From: Eukaryota sp. TZLM1-RC
Taxonomy: Eukaryota; Protista; Metamonada: BaSk clade
NCBI GenBank assembly: GCA_040285825.1
Contig: JAUPSS010000004.1
Span: forward strand, 744,001 to 808,000
Reading direction: 5' to 3'
DNA: 64,000 nt
The stretch's first letter is position 1, and every line of letters starts with the position of its first letter. The notes beneath the pieces were generated by a model. It was not told the origin of the DNA, searched no databases, and saw only the letters and a program-made list of their open reading frames with translations. Below are positions 36,601 to 48,440 of this stretch, one piece after another. Both the position numbers and the translations under genes were made by a program.

Positions 36601-37398
36601 TTAATCAGTATGCTGAGTGTCTTCCGCAGCAGCCACTCTTTTGAAAGCTTCATTTACGTCACTGGATAAGGCAGCTTCTGAACTAGTTCTTTTACCCAAG
36701 CTGATAACAAAACAATTTAACTTCTTGAGAAAAGTAGACTCAAGTACATCAAGTAATTCAAGTACTTGTTCTCTAATCTTGAATAATTGAGCGGCTGAAT
36801 ATTGAGCTACCTGTTCAGCCAATTCAACCGAAAACAGATTGTTTTTTGCATCACCCAGAAAGGGTATGATGGACTCAGGAATCCTGGTGATGCTTCCCTT
36901 TCCCTCGTTGATTATCTCCAACCAAGTGTTCCACAGGTGGTCAGCAAGTACCACCTTTGAATTGGCTGGGTGTGATTTCAATTGTTCTATCGTTATAGTC
37001 TCTATCTCTTTCTTCTCCTTGTCCTTCAACCAAGCGTCGTAAAACTTAACATTAATCTCTTGCTGGGGACGGACTTGAACAGAGAAAGCAGGAGCATTTC
37101 CACCAGAATTTGAAGAAAGCCAATTCTGTAGACAGGCAGCAGTTCTAGAACCAAAATTTCCGGTAAGCTTGTAGGCTACTTCGAGAGTGGTGTCAGGATG
37201 TACAACTTTTTTATTCTTCTTAGCTTCCGCTGCAAAATGTTCAGTGAAGAGAGAAGAGAGTAATTCAGGGGTGACTGTTTCAACGTCTTGGTATAGAAGA
37301 CCGATGGTAGTAGCACCAAAACGTCGAGTTCCAAATACTAGATAGTAATAAAGTTGGATTTGTACGGAATTGGGTGTACCAGATGCAACTAAAGACAT
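36601..37398 (-). CDS. Transposon accessory protein of unknown function, 265 aa
   Basis: Intact ORF convergent with the transposase. Similar by eye to 41429-42445. Confidence 0.8.
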   Translation of the reverse strand: MSLVASGTPNSVQIQLYYYLVFGTRRFGATTIGLLYQDVETVTPELLSSLFTEHFAAEAKKNKKVVHPDTTLEVAYKLTGNFGSRTAACLQNWLSSNSGGNAPAFSVQVRPQQEINVKFYDAWLKDKEKKEIETITIEQLKSHPANSKVVLADHLWNTWLEIINEGKGSITRIPESIIPFLGDAKNNLFSVELAEQVAQYSAAQLFKIREQVLELLDVLESTFLKKLNCFVISLGKRTSSEAALSSDVNEAFKRVAAAEDTQHTD

Positions 37399-37553
37399 AA
37401 TATTTATGAAAGTGAATGAAATGTGAGGTGAATGTGAAAGAGGGAGTGATATCTATTTGAGATGAAATTCACAGACGCAATATTAGAATTAACTTTTTAA
37501 GGAAATGTTGATTGTTATTTTTCAATTAAAATACTAGAAAACCAAAAACTGGC

Positions 37554-37916
37554 CTAACCAGCAGGAAAAGAAAGTGTCATCAGCTTAGCTAACAGAGGTT
37601 GGCTAGGTGGTACATACGTCAAATCTTGATGAATGGGAAAGTCACAGCCAAGGAGAATAAACTCCAGGGTTTCAAAGATAGTGTCAAATTGATAGTGGTC
37701 TGTTTTCTTCGTCTCGTGTTTCTTTTCTTCCTTCGGCAGGGATCTTGATAAGTAATCAGCCCCATGATTACTAGGTCCATCCACATGGGCACAGTCGAAT
37801 GACAATGACTGTAGGACTGAGATCCAACGGATCACTACAAGGTTTGAGTCAGGGCAAGATAGCATTAATGAGAGGTTGTTATGGTCACAAAACAGGGTCA
37901 GATGTCTTGTTTTCAA
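37554..37916 (-). pseudogene. Ty3/Gypsy RNase H fragment
   Basis: LFCDHNNL..VIRWISVLQSLSFDCAHVDGPSNHGADYLSR. Confidence 0.75.
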
Positions 37917-38762
37917 AAATGAGAAAAGTGAACAAATGAGGAATCAACCAGCGTTGTTGTGTAGGCGTCAGAATTTTGAATAAAATGACAAAGGTGCTAC
38001 AGTTCAAAAGTTGGATTTACAAACGATGTAGGAAAAGAGTGGTTGGTGCCGTTGACACTTAGAATATTGATATATGATATTCTAATATTGTTGTTTTTAT
38101 TAGCCTAAAAGTTATTCCTCTATTATTTTATATTTTATTATAATCAACTTGATGTTGAAATTTTCTTGAATCCATATGTTTTTTTTTAAAATTGGCCTTT
38201 TTACCTTGTAAGAAGCGTGATTTGTCCAACTGTAGTGTGTTTTTGATAAGTAGTCGATGTACACTTGTCACACTATTTTTCGTCTAAAACATTGTGGAAA
38301 CAAGGTTATGCATTTCACGTAGAAAAAGCAGTGGATCTGCTTTTACAACCTGAAGAATGAAAAATATCATTTTTTCGTTGAGTTTCTGAGGTGATGACGT
38401 AAGTTGGTTGATAAAGAGACAACATGTTGTAGGATTACACGTAGATTCTATTTTAGGTTGAATTTTTCATGGAAATAGACGTAACCAAGTCGAAATGGTT
38501 GATTGAGATACACAGCAGTATTCAGCAACCTTCGGTTGAGTTGTTGTGCAAGAAGACTAAGGTGTAAATCGCACGAATCTTGGTGTCCTCGCTTACATGT
38601 ACTTTCTGGTGTCTATTATCAATTTTTTTTCATTCTTTTGTTGAAGTTCACAAAGTTGACAATGAGCTTATACTTGGCTCTGCAGACAATTTTCTGGAAC
38701 TTTTTGTATGTGTATCCGTGATTAACAAGAGTTCAAAGAATAGTTGATATAGAGACTGTTAT

Positions 38763-39038
38763 GTGTCTAACGTCCTGAAGAATGATTTCTCTCAAGTTGA
38801 GCAGCCGCTGTTCATTGACAAGAGCAAAAAGGAATCAACATGGCACGTTGACAAGACCCAGTTCTGTACATTTTTCGGTCTTGCAAAAGACTACATGATG
38901 GTTCAAGCTACTTCTGTAGCTTCTGAGCAATTGTTGTCTGCCTTAGGAAGGATTTGGAGTAAAGATCGAGTATCACTCGGTGATAATGGTGTTTTGGGTT
39001 GCTTTTGTTCCAACTTGTCTGGTGGAGTAGAAGGATAG
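38763..39038 (+). pseudogene. hAT dimerisation-domain relic
   Basis: LAKDYMMVQATSVASEQLLSALGRIWSKDRVSL. Confidence 0.65.
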
Positions 39039-39120
39039 AAACACACCAAGGATGGTGGCTTCAAATTGTTGCAAGCTCAGTATTTCACATTGATTGTTGA
39101 TAGGAAAAATAATTTAAAAA

Positions 39121-39932
39121 GGGATAATTTTTTTATACCATTCATTCAAAATTGTTTTTGTACCACTTTTTGAAATGATATAGAAAATCACTGCACGTTT
39201 TCATGACTATAATTGGTTTTCTACCATGGTGAGATTCTGATTGATTGACACTGATCTCTTTTCTCTGTCTGTAATGATATTATCCTATGATATTATCCTA
39301 TGTTCCCTGATTGAATCGAGTTCTTCTCGCGCTTTGACGTTGTCGATCTTTTGCAGCGCTACAAGATAGTCTGCTTCGTTTACAGCCTCTGCTGCTTGCC
39401 TTATATAACCTTCCAGGCCTTTTTGCTAGTAATGTTTGCAGAAGTTTGCACAGAAATGTATCAGACAGTAAGCATGCGCTACATCATTTTCAAACACCTC
39501 AGTTTTTAAAATACAGTTTTTAAAATAGACGGGTGGCGATCAGACACAATAACAAGATGAGGTTCTTTTAGGCTTTGCTTCTATAAAGATAGAAAATATT
39601 TCCAGTTGACATCCTTTCAATATCAACAATCGCATACGCAAGAGGGAACAGTTGTCCTTCTAACAGTCTTAACAGAGAATTCACAGGACATTTGGCAGCA
39701 AGAAGCTCGACATCGTAATTTGTCACTATGAGTGTATTTGATCTCACGTCTTACAAGAAGACTGACGTGTATAAGTTGTAGTTGAAAGCTTTTCTTATCC
39801 TTGAATGTAGACTCTTTCTTCAAGGAAGCGATATTTAAAGAATACATTATAGAGCAGCAGTAGTATAAAAACAATTATGATGGTATGAAAGTAATTCTGG
39901 AAGTCCTTTAATGGTACAAAACTAATTTTCCC
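39121..39932 (-). mobile_element. Non-autonomous MULE deletion derivative
   Basis: TIRs GGGATAATTTTTTATACCA / GGGAAAATTAGTTTTGTACCA, flanked by tttaaaaa on both sides. MuDR DBD-like ORF at 39623-39874. Confidence 0.75.
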
Positions 39933-40327
39933 TTTAAAAAACCATTTTTGCAAAAATGTTTATATTATTAAAATGAATCAAGCACAAAGTTTGCAGCATT
40001 TGTGGTGTTTCCCTTAGGAAAAATTAAGTTTTAAACTGCTGATCGATGCTTGAAATGCCGAATAGCCGTCAATTACCATCCTCCCATAAAAATACCTTAG
40101 GAAATACAAATGCTTTGCTGAATATTATGATAATAACGAAAGCACATGTAAAAGATGGAGACATGCCGTAATACCGTAATAGAGAAAAGTTGGATTGTGA
40201 AGGAGCTGACGATGGAGAGGAATGGCCACATAGGATGAGAGTGGGGTTTAGGACAAGTCCAACAAAAGAACCAACAGCAGGTATAAGGTAAAAATGAATC
40301 ACAGATGAGTAGAAAAACCGGTAGAAA

Positions 40328-41157
40328 GAGTGCAGGGGAGTCCTAAAGCTCGGAAAAGTAGGTAAGTGAGCGGAAAGTGTGCAAAGTACAGGGGGACTCC
40401 TAAAGCTCGGAAAAGTAGGTAAGTGAGGGAAATAAGAACCTAGTTTATGAAGTGAGGGGAAAGTGTGGAAAGTACAGGGGGACTCCTAAAGCTCGGAAAA
40501 GTAGGTAAGTGAGGGAAATAAGAACCTAGTTTATGAAGTGAGGGGAAAGTGTGGAAAGTACAGGGGGACTCCTAAAGCTCGGAAAAGTAGGTAAGTGAGG
40601 GAAATAAGAACCTAGTTTATGAAGTGAGGGGAAAGTGTGGAAAGTACAGGGGGACTCCTAAAGCTCGGAAAAGTAGGTAAGTGAGGGAAATAAGAACCTA
40701 GTTTATGAAGTGAGGGGAAAGTGTGGAAAGTACAGGGGGACTCCTAAAGCTCGGAAAAGTAGGTAAGTGAGGGAAATAAGAACCTAGTTTATGAAGTGAG
40801 GGGAAAGTGTGGAAATTACAGGGGGACTCCTAAAGCTCGGAAAAGTAGGTAAGTGAGGGAAATAAGAACCTAGTTTATGAAGTGAGGGGAAAGTGTGGAA
40901 AGTACAGGGGGACTCCTAAAGCTCCGAAAAGTAGGTAAGTGAGGGAAATAAGAACCTAGTTTATGAAGTGAGGGGAAAGTGTGGAAAGTACAGGGGGACT
41001 CCTAAAGCTCCGAAAAGTAGGTAAGTGAGGGAAATAAGAACCTAGTTTATGAAGTGAGGGGAAAGTGTGGAAAGTACAGGGGGACTCCTAAAGCTCGGAA
41101 AAGTAGGTAAGTGAGGGAAATAAGAACCTAGTTTATGAAGTGAGGGGAAAGTGTGGG
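40328..41157. repeat. 86-bp tandem repeat: 9 near-identical units (40385-41157) plus a partial unit
   Basis: Unit agtacagggggactcctaaagctcggaaaagtaggtaagtgagggaaataagaacctagtttatgaagtgaggggaaagtgtggaa starts at 40385, 40471, 40557 ... 41073. Confidence 0.97.
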
Positions 41158-41428
41158 AATAGTGAAAACCTTTCAAACTTCAGTTGTGGGCTAAAAACCT
41201 GCCAGAACAGGCAACTAGAAGTCGAAAATGGGGTGATAAGTGTAAAATTTAATAGATAAGCTCATAATTCTCACTTTATACCAGAGGTTTCCTGTTTATT
41301 TTTGCTCCGATAATGTTGTCCAAAGTGTTAAAATTTACAATATTAAAGTAAACTGTGAGATTCACTTAAGGTGAATTCCCCTTCCAATTCCCACTTTCAT
41401 CCCTTTTTTTGTCTCTTCTACAAAATAC

Positions 41429-42445
41429 ATGTCTTTTCCTTCAGAAAACTACACCACACCTACAAAAAAATGCAATACTGACTTTAACGAGACTGACTGG
41501 AGTATTTATGATGATGTACTACCAATGCAGACCAGTCCAGTGCTTACCCCTTTCACTTCTTTACGTCCTACGCAACTCACCTATGAAACAAGGCAAGCAG
41601 AAACATTGGAAGAAACAGTTTCTTCAGTTCCAGACACATCCACTTCTATAAATGTTGACTCTTTCAGTTGGTCCAACATGGATAACTGGACACAACGTAA
41701 GTGTATATTTTGCTATGCAAAATATAAGTCCTCTGCCTCTTATTTTTATGAAGAGGAAATGGGGTTTTGGTTCAACAACAGTGATGCTCGTCTCAATGAA
41801 TTTGTTAAGTTTTTATCTAGCCATTTTGTTGAACAGGCTAAAGTTAACAAAACATACTTATTTACTACTGATTTGTTGATCGTAGCCAAAAGAACAGCTG
41901 CCACTAAGAATTGGAAGTCTCTAACAGATTCAGTCTTTCAAAAATGGCTGAAAGATGATAATAACTGTTTGATCAAAGTGTTTCCCAACATGGATAAGTC
42001 TCAATACGAACTCCATTTAGAAAAGCACAGGTTGAAAATAGCTCGTGCTATAAGCATTGACAGTCTACAACAACTTCATCCCAATTTGGCTTTGTCTACT
42101 CAAGGATGGGTGTTGTTTAAAACTCTTTATGAAAATAATAAGCTAAATGATTTGAGTGTTGTGCCAGCTGCTGTGTTGAAGTTTCGATTACTCAAAGATT
42201 TGTCAGAAAACACTACTAAAACTAAGACTGAAGAACAGATTATCCAATTTATTGGTAAAAAAAGAATACAGTTGAAAGAAGATCTGGCCAATTATGAAAA
42301 GGTTTTATTAAAGAAAATGGATATCGAAATTGCAGAATTTATTCGCTCTTTACTTGTCTCACCTCCCTGTCCAACTGAACTTTCAGAAGATGCGGAGAAA
42401 CTTTTTAATTGTGCAGCAAATGTAACTGATCCGCATATGTTCTAG
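41429..42445 (+). CDS. Transposon accessory protein of unknown function, 338 aa
   Basis: Intact ORF convergent with the transposase. Similar by eye to 36601-37398. Confidence 0.82.
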   Translation: MSFPSENYTTPTKKCNTDFNETDWSIYDDVLPMQTSPVLTPFTSLRPTQLTYETRQAETLEETVSSVPDTSTSINVDSFSWSNMDNWTQRKCIFCYAKYKSSASYFYEEEMGFWFNNSDARLNEFVKFLSSHFVEQAKVNKTYLFTTDLLIVAKRTAATKNWKSLTDSVFQKWLKDDNNCLIKVFPNMDKSQYELHLEKHRLKIARAISIDSLQQLHPNLALSTQGWVLFKTLYENNKLNDLSVVPAAVLKFRLLKDLSENTTKTKTEEQIIQFIGKKRIQLKEDLANYEKVLLKKMDIEIAEFIRSLLVSPPCPTELSEDAEKLFNCAANVTDPHMF

Positions 42446-42525
42446 TATTAGTTTGAAATTATCATAAAAATTCCGTTTAATTGTAAGTCATACGAGTATT
42501 TATATCATCAACAAATGTGGTAATT

Positions 42526-43605
42526 CTATTCGACATAGACGGCTAGTTTCGGATTAGACAAATAGGGTGATTTATAACACTCACCATGAACCCATCCTGC
42601 CCTCTCAAATAATGAAGAACTATTGTATTTACGTAAAGATTCGAGCGATGACATAATGAGTTGGGTAGCAGGAGCTTGTGGGTAAAGTTGTGCCTCCGTT
42701 CGAACTTTTTTGCGTAATATAGCAAAAAAAGTTTCAATTGGATTAGACTCAGGTGAGTATGGTGGCAATATCAAATATCTTAGCCCAACCTTACGAACTG
42801 CATAAAAAATTTCAGGTCCAGTATGGATTCTACATCCATCCAATACCAAAACAGATCTGTTTCCTGGAAATCTGTGTGTTATTCCAGATTTAATAATATC
42901 TTTTAAAAAACCAATAAATTCATGACGGTTAAAATGGCCTTCTTTCATATGACCCGTAACATAACCCCATTGATCCATACACACAACCAAAGAGATTTGC
43001 TTTGCATTCATTTGCTTAACTGGAATAATAACAGGTTCACCTTCAGGTGACCAACCAGCCTTACGACAAAAATGTTCTTGCCTGAATGATAGTTCGTCAA
43101 TGAACAATAATTGTGAATGAACCACAGTTCCTATTAGATTAGTAAATAAGTTTTCGAAATTTTCAATTAACCTCCTTTTACAGTGTTTGACCAGTTTGGA
43201 TGCCACTTTGTGAGTGTAACCAGCATTGATCATCACCCTTCGAATTGTGCTGAGGGAAACATATTTACCAAATAGATACATAGTCTTCTGTTGCATTTGA
43301 TATAAAAAAAGCTGTGGATGTTTGTCAACAAGCTGACATAATATATTGATTTCCTTTTGGCTTATAATGCGGGTTCGTTTGCGTTTGTATGGGCCCCACA
43401 GATCAGGATTGATAGCTTGGTTTAGCCAGCGTGACAGAGAAGATTGTGAAGCTCCGAATAGAAGTACTACCTCAGACTGTGAAAGAGATTGGAAGTAAAA
43501 TGCAGCACATGCTCGAGATCGAGTGTCCTCAGACGCGTGAAGTTTTATAGACAACAGCTGACGGAGAGAATTGATGTTTGAAAGAATTTCAAAGGTCAAA
43601 GGCAT
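42526..43605 (-). CDS. IS630/Tc1-like DD34E transposase
   Basis: HASEDT, FIDE, VLDGCRIH, LPPYSPESNPIE. D34E spacing. Confidence 0.93.
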   Translation of the reverse strand: MPLTFEILSNINSLRQLLSIKLHASEDTRSRACAAFYFQSLSQSEVVLLFGASQSSLSRWLNQAINPDLWGPYKRKRTRIISQKEINILCQLVDKHPQLFLYQMQQKTMYLFGKYVSLSTIRRVMINAGYTHKVASKLVKHCKRRLIENFENLFTNLIGTVVHSQLLFIDELSFRQEHFCRKAGWSPEGEPVIIPVKQMNAKQISLVVCMDQWGYVTGHMKEGHFNRHEFIGFLKDIIKSGITHRFPGNRSVLVLDGCRIHTGPEIFYAVRKVGLRYLILPPYSPESNPIETFFAILRKKVRTEAQLYPQAPATQLIMSSLESLRKYNSSSLFERAGWVHGECYKSPYLSNPKLAVYVE

Positions 43606-43727
43606 CTCAATAAGTCAGAAACACAAAAAAGGGATTAGGGAGGGAAGGGAATAAAAAGGGATTTGTATTCAACCTAAAATTCAACCACAGAAGCTTAAAG
43701 TACAGTAGTTTATTTCTGAAAAAATTA

Positions 43728-46700
43728 TATTTTCTACGAAGAAACAAAACAAAACAAAACAAACTAAAACACAAAATTCTAAAAAAAAAATTCTAAGAAA
43801 CAAAATTCTCCACGCCAACTCTTGATGAATCTTATACAGCTTGGACATCATTCAATTCAAGTACTTGGGAACACTTCTGTACAAAGCAAAAATGATACGA
43901 TTCTTCCATAAAGTCCCTGCAAAATTCTTACCACTTGAACGACATAAATTACCAAAATCATTGAGAAAATTCAAGGCAGACTGTCCAATGTTGCCAAAAA
44001 TCGAAAAGGCAAAAGGAACAAACGAAAACTTCGAGTAAAGAATCATATTTAAATCATTTAATATCTCAGTATATTTGTCCCTTTTACGATCCTCAGCCTT
44101 GTTTAAATGACCATGAGAACTAAGTAAAACATCATCACGATAAAAAAAAGCAAAAGGATCAACTGTAGTAAAATCAACAACAAGTTGAGAGGAATCCACA
44201 AAAGGAGCAATTAAATCACCTTGACGTGAAGTAAACATATTATTATCGCTATAATGCTTCAACAACGGTTCTACTTTGCAACTAAAATTGTAACACTTAA
44301 ACATCTCATATGTCACATCACGAACGGCATTATGAAGAACTGACCGATATTGAAGGAATTTCTAACAACTAACAATATGACGGAAATTGACAGTAGGTTT
44401 TTCGTTACAAATAAAAACAGAATTATCCAAAAGACCACTTGGATACAGCCCTAATCTCAAACGTTTTGTTTCCAAGCTTCATTTGTTAAGTGAAGACCAA
44501 ATGGCCTTGGTTGCTGAGATATTAAACTAGTGCAATTCTGGATATCTGATAAAAAGGCAGCAAAGACGGGATTATTAATCTTAGTCACACTAAGTCGTTT
44601 AGAGAAATCCAGGTTTTCAAAACGAGTTAAAACAGACTTCTGTAATTTCACAACAGCAAGATGAAGATTAGTCAAAGATCTCGAAGGTACAGAAGGCAAA
44701 CTTGAAGGAAAACACTTATTCCACACATCAACAGGTAGTTCCTGCACCATGTTTTCAAGCGAAATTAATAAAGGATGTGATTCATTCAAAGGAATATGAT
44801 CAAAACGAAGTTTCCACTCAAAAAGAAAATTTTCCATACCACCAATAAAAGCACTTTTGCATAAATACTCTGCTTTTGACAAACCAACTCCACCAAATTT
44901 AGGACTAAAAAATGCATGATAAGGAATTTTTGATGGACAAACCCACTAAATCTCCTAAGAAATTGGTTCTCAGAGTATTAAATTGACGTGCAAAATCATG
45001 AGAAATTGTGGGGGATAAAGAACGAAGAAGGTGATTAATTTTTGATCCAAAACACACATTCAGGACCGAAAACGCTAAATGCTTGTCAATTTTTAGTTCT
45101 TGAATAGCTAAAAGTTGCTTTTCAATTTTTCCCGAAATACCTGACAAAATCGATTTAACTTTTTCACAATTTCCAAAATAAGAGCCAAGAAAACGAATCG
45201 CATCTGGGTCATTTGCAAAATCCAACCTCTGCCAATATCAGTTTTCAAAATCAAACCTCTGTCAATTTCAATTTTCAAAATCCAACCTCAAATGCATTTG
45301 CATTTTCAAAATCCAACCAGAAACACTTGTTAACACGAAATCAATTGATTTATTATTGATTCAGATCCCTGCTACAGTTATTTGCTTTATGACCTTCTTG
45401 ACCACACTTTGAACACCGATATCTTCGTTTTTCCTTCGTGTCTTTTCTTGGATTTGGGCACTGGGGAGCTCTATGACCTGACATCAAGCAGTTGCCACAG
45501 CGATAACTACGCTTTTTTGATGCAAAAGTCTCTGCTTCACCTTCATCTTGATCTCTCGTTTGTTCAATAAAGTCATGTGTATATTCTTCTGGTACTGTTT
45601 CATATCTTGTTTCTTCAGTAAAGACTTTCTGGTTTCCATTCACAGTTCCAACACCTTGTGTTTTTTCAATAATGTTTTATGATAAGCCATCGGTCTTTGT
45701 AGACGTTTAGATATGTTTATTGGGGAAAGTACTCCCTCTCGCTGCAATACAGGAACTAAGGCCTCTCCAAAATAATTAGCTGGTGGTTTTGGTCGTGTTT
45801 TTGCATTGCAATGTACCTGATGATCGGTGAAAACAGTGATGACCCAGTCATTGCTCTGGTCCTGTTGAGAAGCCCATAAGTGGAAAGGACAATCAGAATC
45901 GGAGCAATTAATAGCATATCTAATGGTGTTGTTTCCCTTGAAAGGTACGAACTGCTTGTTCATTTGCAGGGCGTATTTCCAAACCATATATCAGCTCGTT
46001 CTTGTTGGGAAAGGAATCACCCACTTTCAATAAGATGGTTGTGGCATAGGTTGATTGTGTTGGATCTTCCATGGAATACAGTTTGTTTTTAGGTAATGTT
46101 TGAAAGATATGGAAATGGGAATTGCTTGTTTTTGAAAAGGTAAATGGGTTTGTTTGATGCAATTTTCCCATCGCATCTTCCTCATAATCAACATATTTGA
46201 TAAAAGTTTCATTAAATGCTGTCTCAACATTCTGATTACCAATAATGAAACACTAGGGCAATTTAATATCTAACCCTATTTGTTGGGACAGAATAACGAA
46301 ATGTTGTAACCCTTGCTGTAAAAGAGACAAAGGACCGATAAGTGATAAATCATCTGCATAAGCACATATATGAATGTCAGTAAAATCCGACTTAAATTCT
46401 ACTAAAACTGATTGCAGTGCTAAGCAAAAGAAAAATGGACCCAATGGATCCCCTTGTTTGACACCTCTTGACGAAACAATATTCTCAGAATGAAAAATTA
46501 GGTTAGAGGGTGATCCATACATCAATTTAAAATACGGCAAAAGTGGAGGATAATGTAGTTCAAGTTCTTGTAAAATACTTGAGCGAAAAACCGAGTTGAA
46601 AGCATTTTGAAAATCAATATTCAGTAAATAATTTTCGCCTTTTTGATTGACAAGTAAATTTGTACACAAGGCAGCACAAGTTGCGCCATCAGTAATTCCA

Positions 46701-46728
46701 ATAGCAAACTGATAAGGACGAAAAAAAA
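43728..46728 (-). mobile_element. 5'-truncated CRE family A copy with a 14-bp TSD, interrupted by a MULE
   Basis: TSD ttctgaaaaaatta at 43714-43727 and 46729-46742. ORF pieces are close paralogues of 869-2850. Confidence 0.92.
45206..46169 (-). mobile_element. Internally deleted MULE nested in the CRE copy
   Basis: 9-bp TSD atcgcatct at 45197-45205 and 46170-46178. GGG...CCC imperfect TIRs. Retains MuDR DBD (VGDSF..CSDSDCPFHLWAS) and two CCHC knuckles; no DDE core. Confidence 0.9.
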
Positions 46729-46742
46729 TTCTGAAAAAATTA

Positions 46743-46761
46743 ATTATTTTAGTTATCCCTG
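46743..46761 (-). mobile_element. hAT terminus (continues at 43691-43727 and left of 41353 once nested elements are removed)
   Basis: Reverse complement CAGGGATAACTAAA. The subterminal aagcttaaagta motif also occurs at 50930-50970. Confidence 0.65.
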
Positions 46762-47011
46762 CACCTCTGTGTCAATTCAACTAAGTAATGTTTACCAGTG
46801 TTACGAAGCTTACCGGAGACTTCTCACTCTCCTGACTCTTTTTGTTCCAATGTCTTGATCAGGTTGATTTGAGTTTTTGGATCACAAAACTGTCAGCCGG
46901 TTGTACCAAATGCGTATCATTTTTTTGGCAAATAAACTAATAGTACATTCAGGTTCTTCAAAGCCTTTTTCAAATCAGATTTCTGTTGGTGACAAAGAGC
47001 ATTGTCGCAAA

Positions 47012-47950
47012 TAGGGTTCGGAATTTACGATATTACGTAACATTACGTAATTACAGAAAATACGACCTTACCTAATTACGGTAGAAGGAAACGTGTATGA
47101 TGTACATGATAATCTAGTAGAAACTGGTCTGCAAACTATCTTAATGAAATAGTTTCGATTGTCAGAGCCGGATTTCATGCTTTTTTATTCATACAGACCT
47201 TCAAAAAGACTAAAACTAACATAAATTAAACAAAAAACTTTCGTAACGATGATATAAATAAGTCAAATGAATGACAAAAAAGGTTCAGATTCGTGGTTTG
47301 AACTGGAATCTTACAATTCTTCTATTTCAACACCTTCATCCAACACTTCTCCAGGTTCATCTTCCTCAACGCAAAAAGGAACTGACCCGTTGGCTACTTT
47401 TCCTCTTATTTTTCTTAGAAGCTCAAGGTTTTGGAACAAGAAAACAAGGTTATCAACGGTGGAAGTTGCCAATCTGTTACGTAGCTTTGAATGTATAAAA
47501 GTAAAGTTGAGAAGTTCCGTTCACTAGCGCTTGATTAAAGAGGATGTCCCATCACTTTTCTTGCAATTATCCTAAGATTCGAACAGTCACTTATTCCTTT
47601 CCACCAAATCACACCAGAAATTTTGGCTCTGCTATTCCAAACATTCTCATTACCAAATAATCCGTTACGATTTTGATAGCTCATATATTCACTATAAGCT
47701 TCATGGTCTTTACCTGGCATTATCGAATAAAATGCAGTGACAAGAGCAGTTATCTCAGTAGCAGTTGTTTTGTAATCGTGATGTATTGTATTCAGTAGAA
47801 AAGCTCAATATGGACGTCTTTGACAGCTTTCTTAATCCTCACATCCAAAGTGTTGTGGAAAAAGGATATTCTCGTTTGGAACTTTTCGACACTTACTTAC
47901 GTCTGTAGAGCTGCCAATCAAGTTGTTTTTGATACGAGTTGAGTTAACTA
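47012..47950 (-). mobile_element. Degenerate hAT element, 3' portion
   Basis: TAGGGTT terminus-like start. Minus strand reads WWKG..LRIIARKV and SSASERNFSTFTFIHSKLRNRL. Confidence 0.65.
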
Positions 47951-48440
47951 CAAAAGTCTCAATCATCAGCTCTCTCGTCCCTTAGATATTATACGAGTGA
48001 AGATACTCGAGTTAGGGCACTTTATACAGTGTTTTTCCTTGGTCGAACCCAAACCGAAGTTGGTCAACTGTTTTGGGTGTACCAAACGACAATTTCGAAG
48101 AGGGTACATGATCTTTTTGAACCCAACAATAATTTAACAACTTCAAGATGTTTTTTGACAGACGCAGATGGTGAATTTCTGAACCATCTATTGGACACCC
48201 GTCCCCTTCTTTTTTTAAGAGAGATTAAGACTATTTTGGAAATTCATTGAAATAAACAAGTATCGGTTTCAATCATACACAGATTTTTGGTAGAGAAAAG
48301 AGATTTCACCCGTAAAAAAGCACGGATCGTTGTGCAAAAAGCCAAAGCAGAACTCATTCACAGTTTTTTTCAATTATTTTCGTCGTTATGGATGGATGTC
48401 GAATTCATCAGCATGACAGTATATCAAAGGGACTTAACGC

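Larger units (their letters stand above)
35312..37474 (+). mobile_element. Two-gene IS630/Tc1-like transposon, copy 1 (alternative left end 35299)
   Basis: CTGTG...CACAG ends flanked by AC on both sides. Convergent transposase and accessory ORF. Confidence 0.75.
27925..38305. repeat. Left arm of a large inverted segmental duplication (interrupted at ~35291-38000)
   Basis: 27925-35290 mirrors 55681-63240, and 38000-38305 mirrors 55150-55440. Confidence 0.88.
41353..43690 (-). mobile_element. Two-gene IS630/Tc1-like transposon, copy 2
   Basis: CTGTG...CACAG ends flanked by AA on both sides. Inserted in a hAT-like subterminal sequence. Confidence 0.8.

Noticed and set aside
40328-41157. CRISPR array
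   Set aside because: Units are identical end to end with no variable spacers, there are no cas genes, and the context is eukaryotic.
36601-42445. Fanzor/TnpB identity for the transposon accessory ORFs
   Set aside because: No RuvC D-E-D motifs or CxxC zinc finger are visible, the proteins are short, and only ~80-115 bp separate the convergent stop codons.
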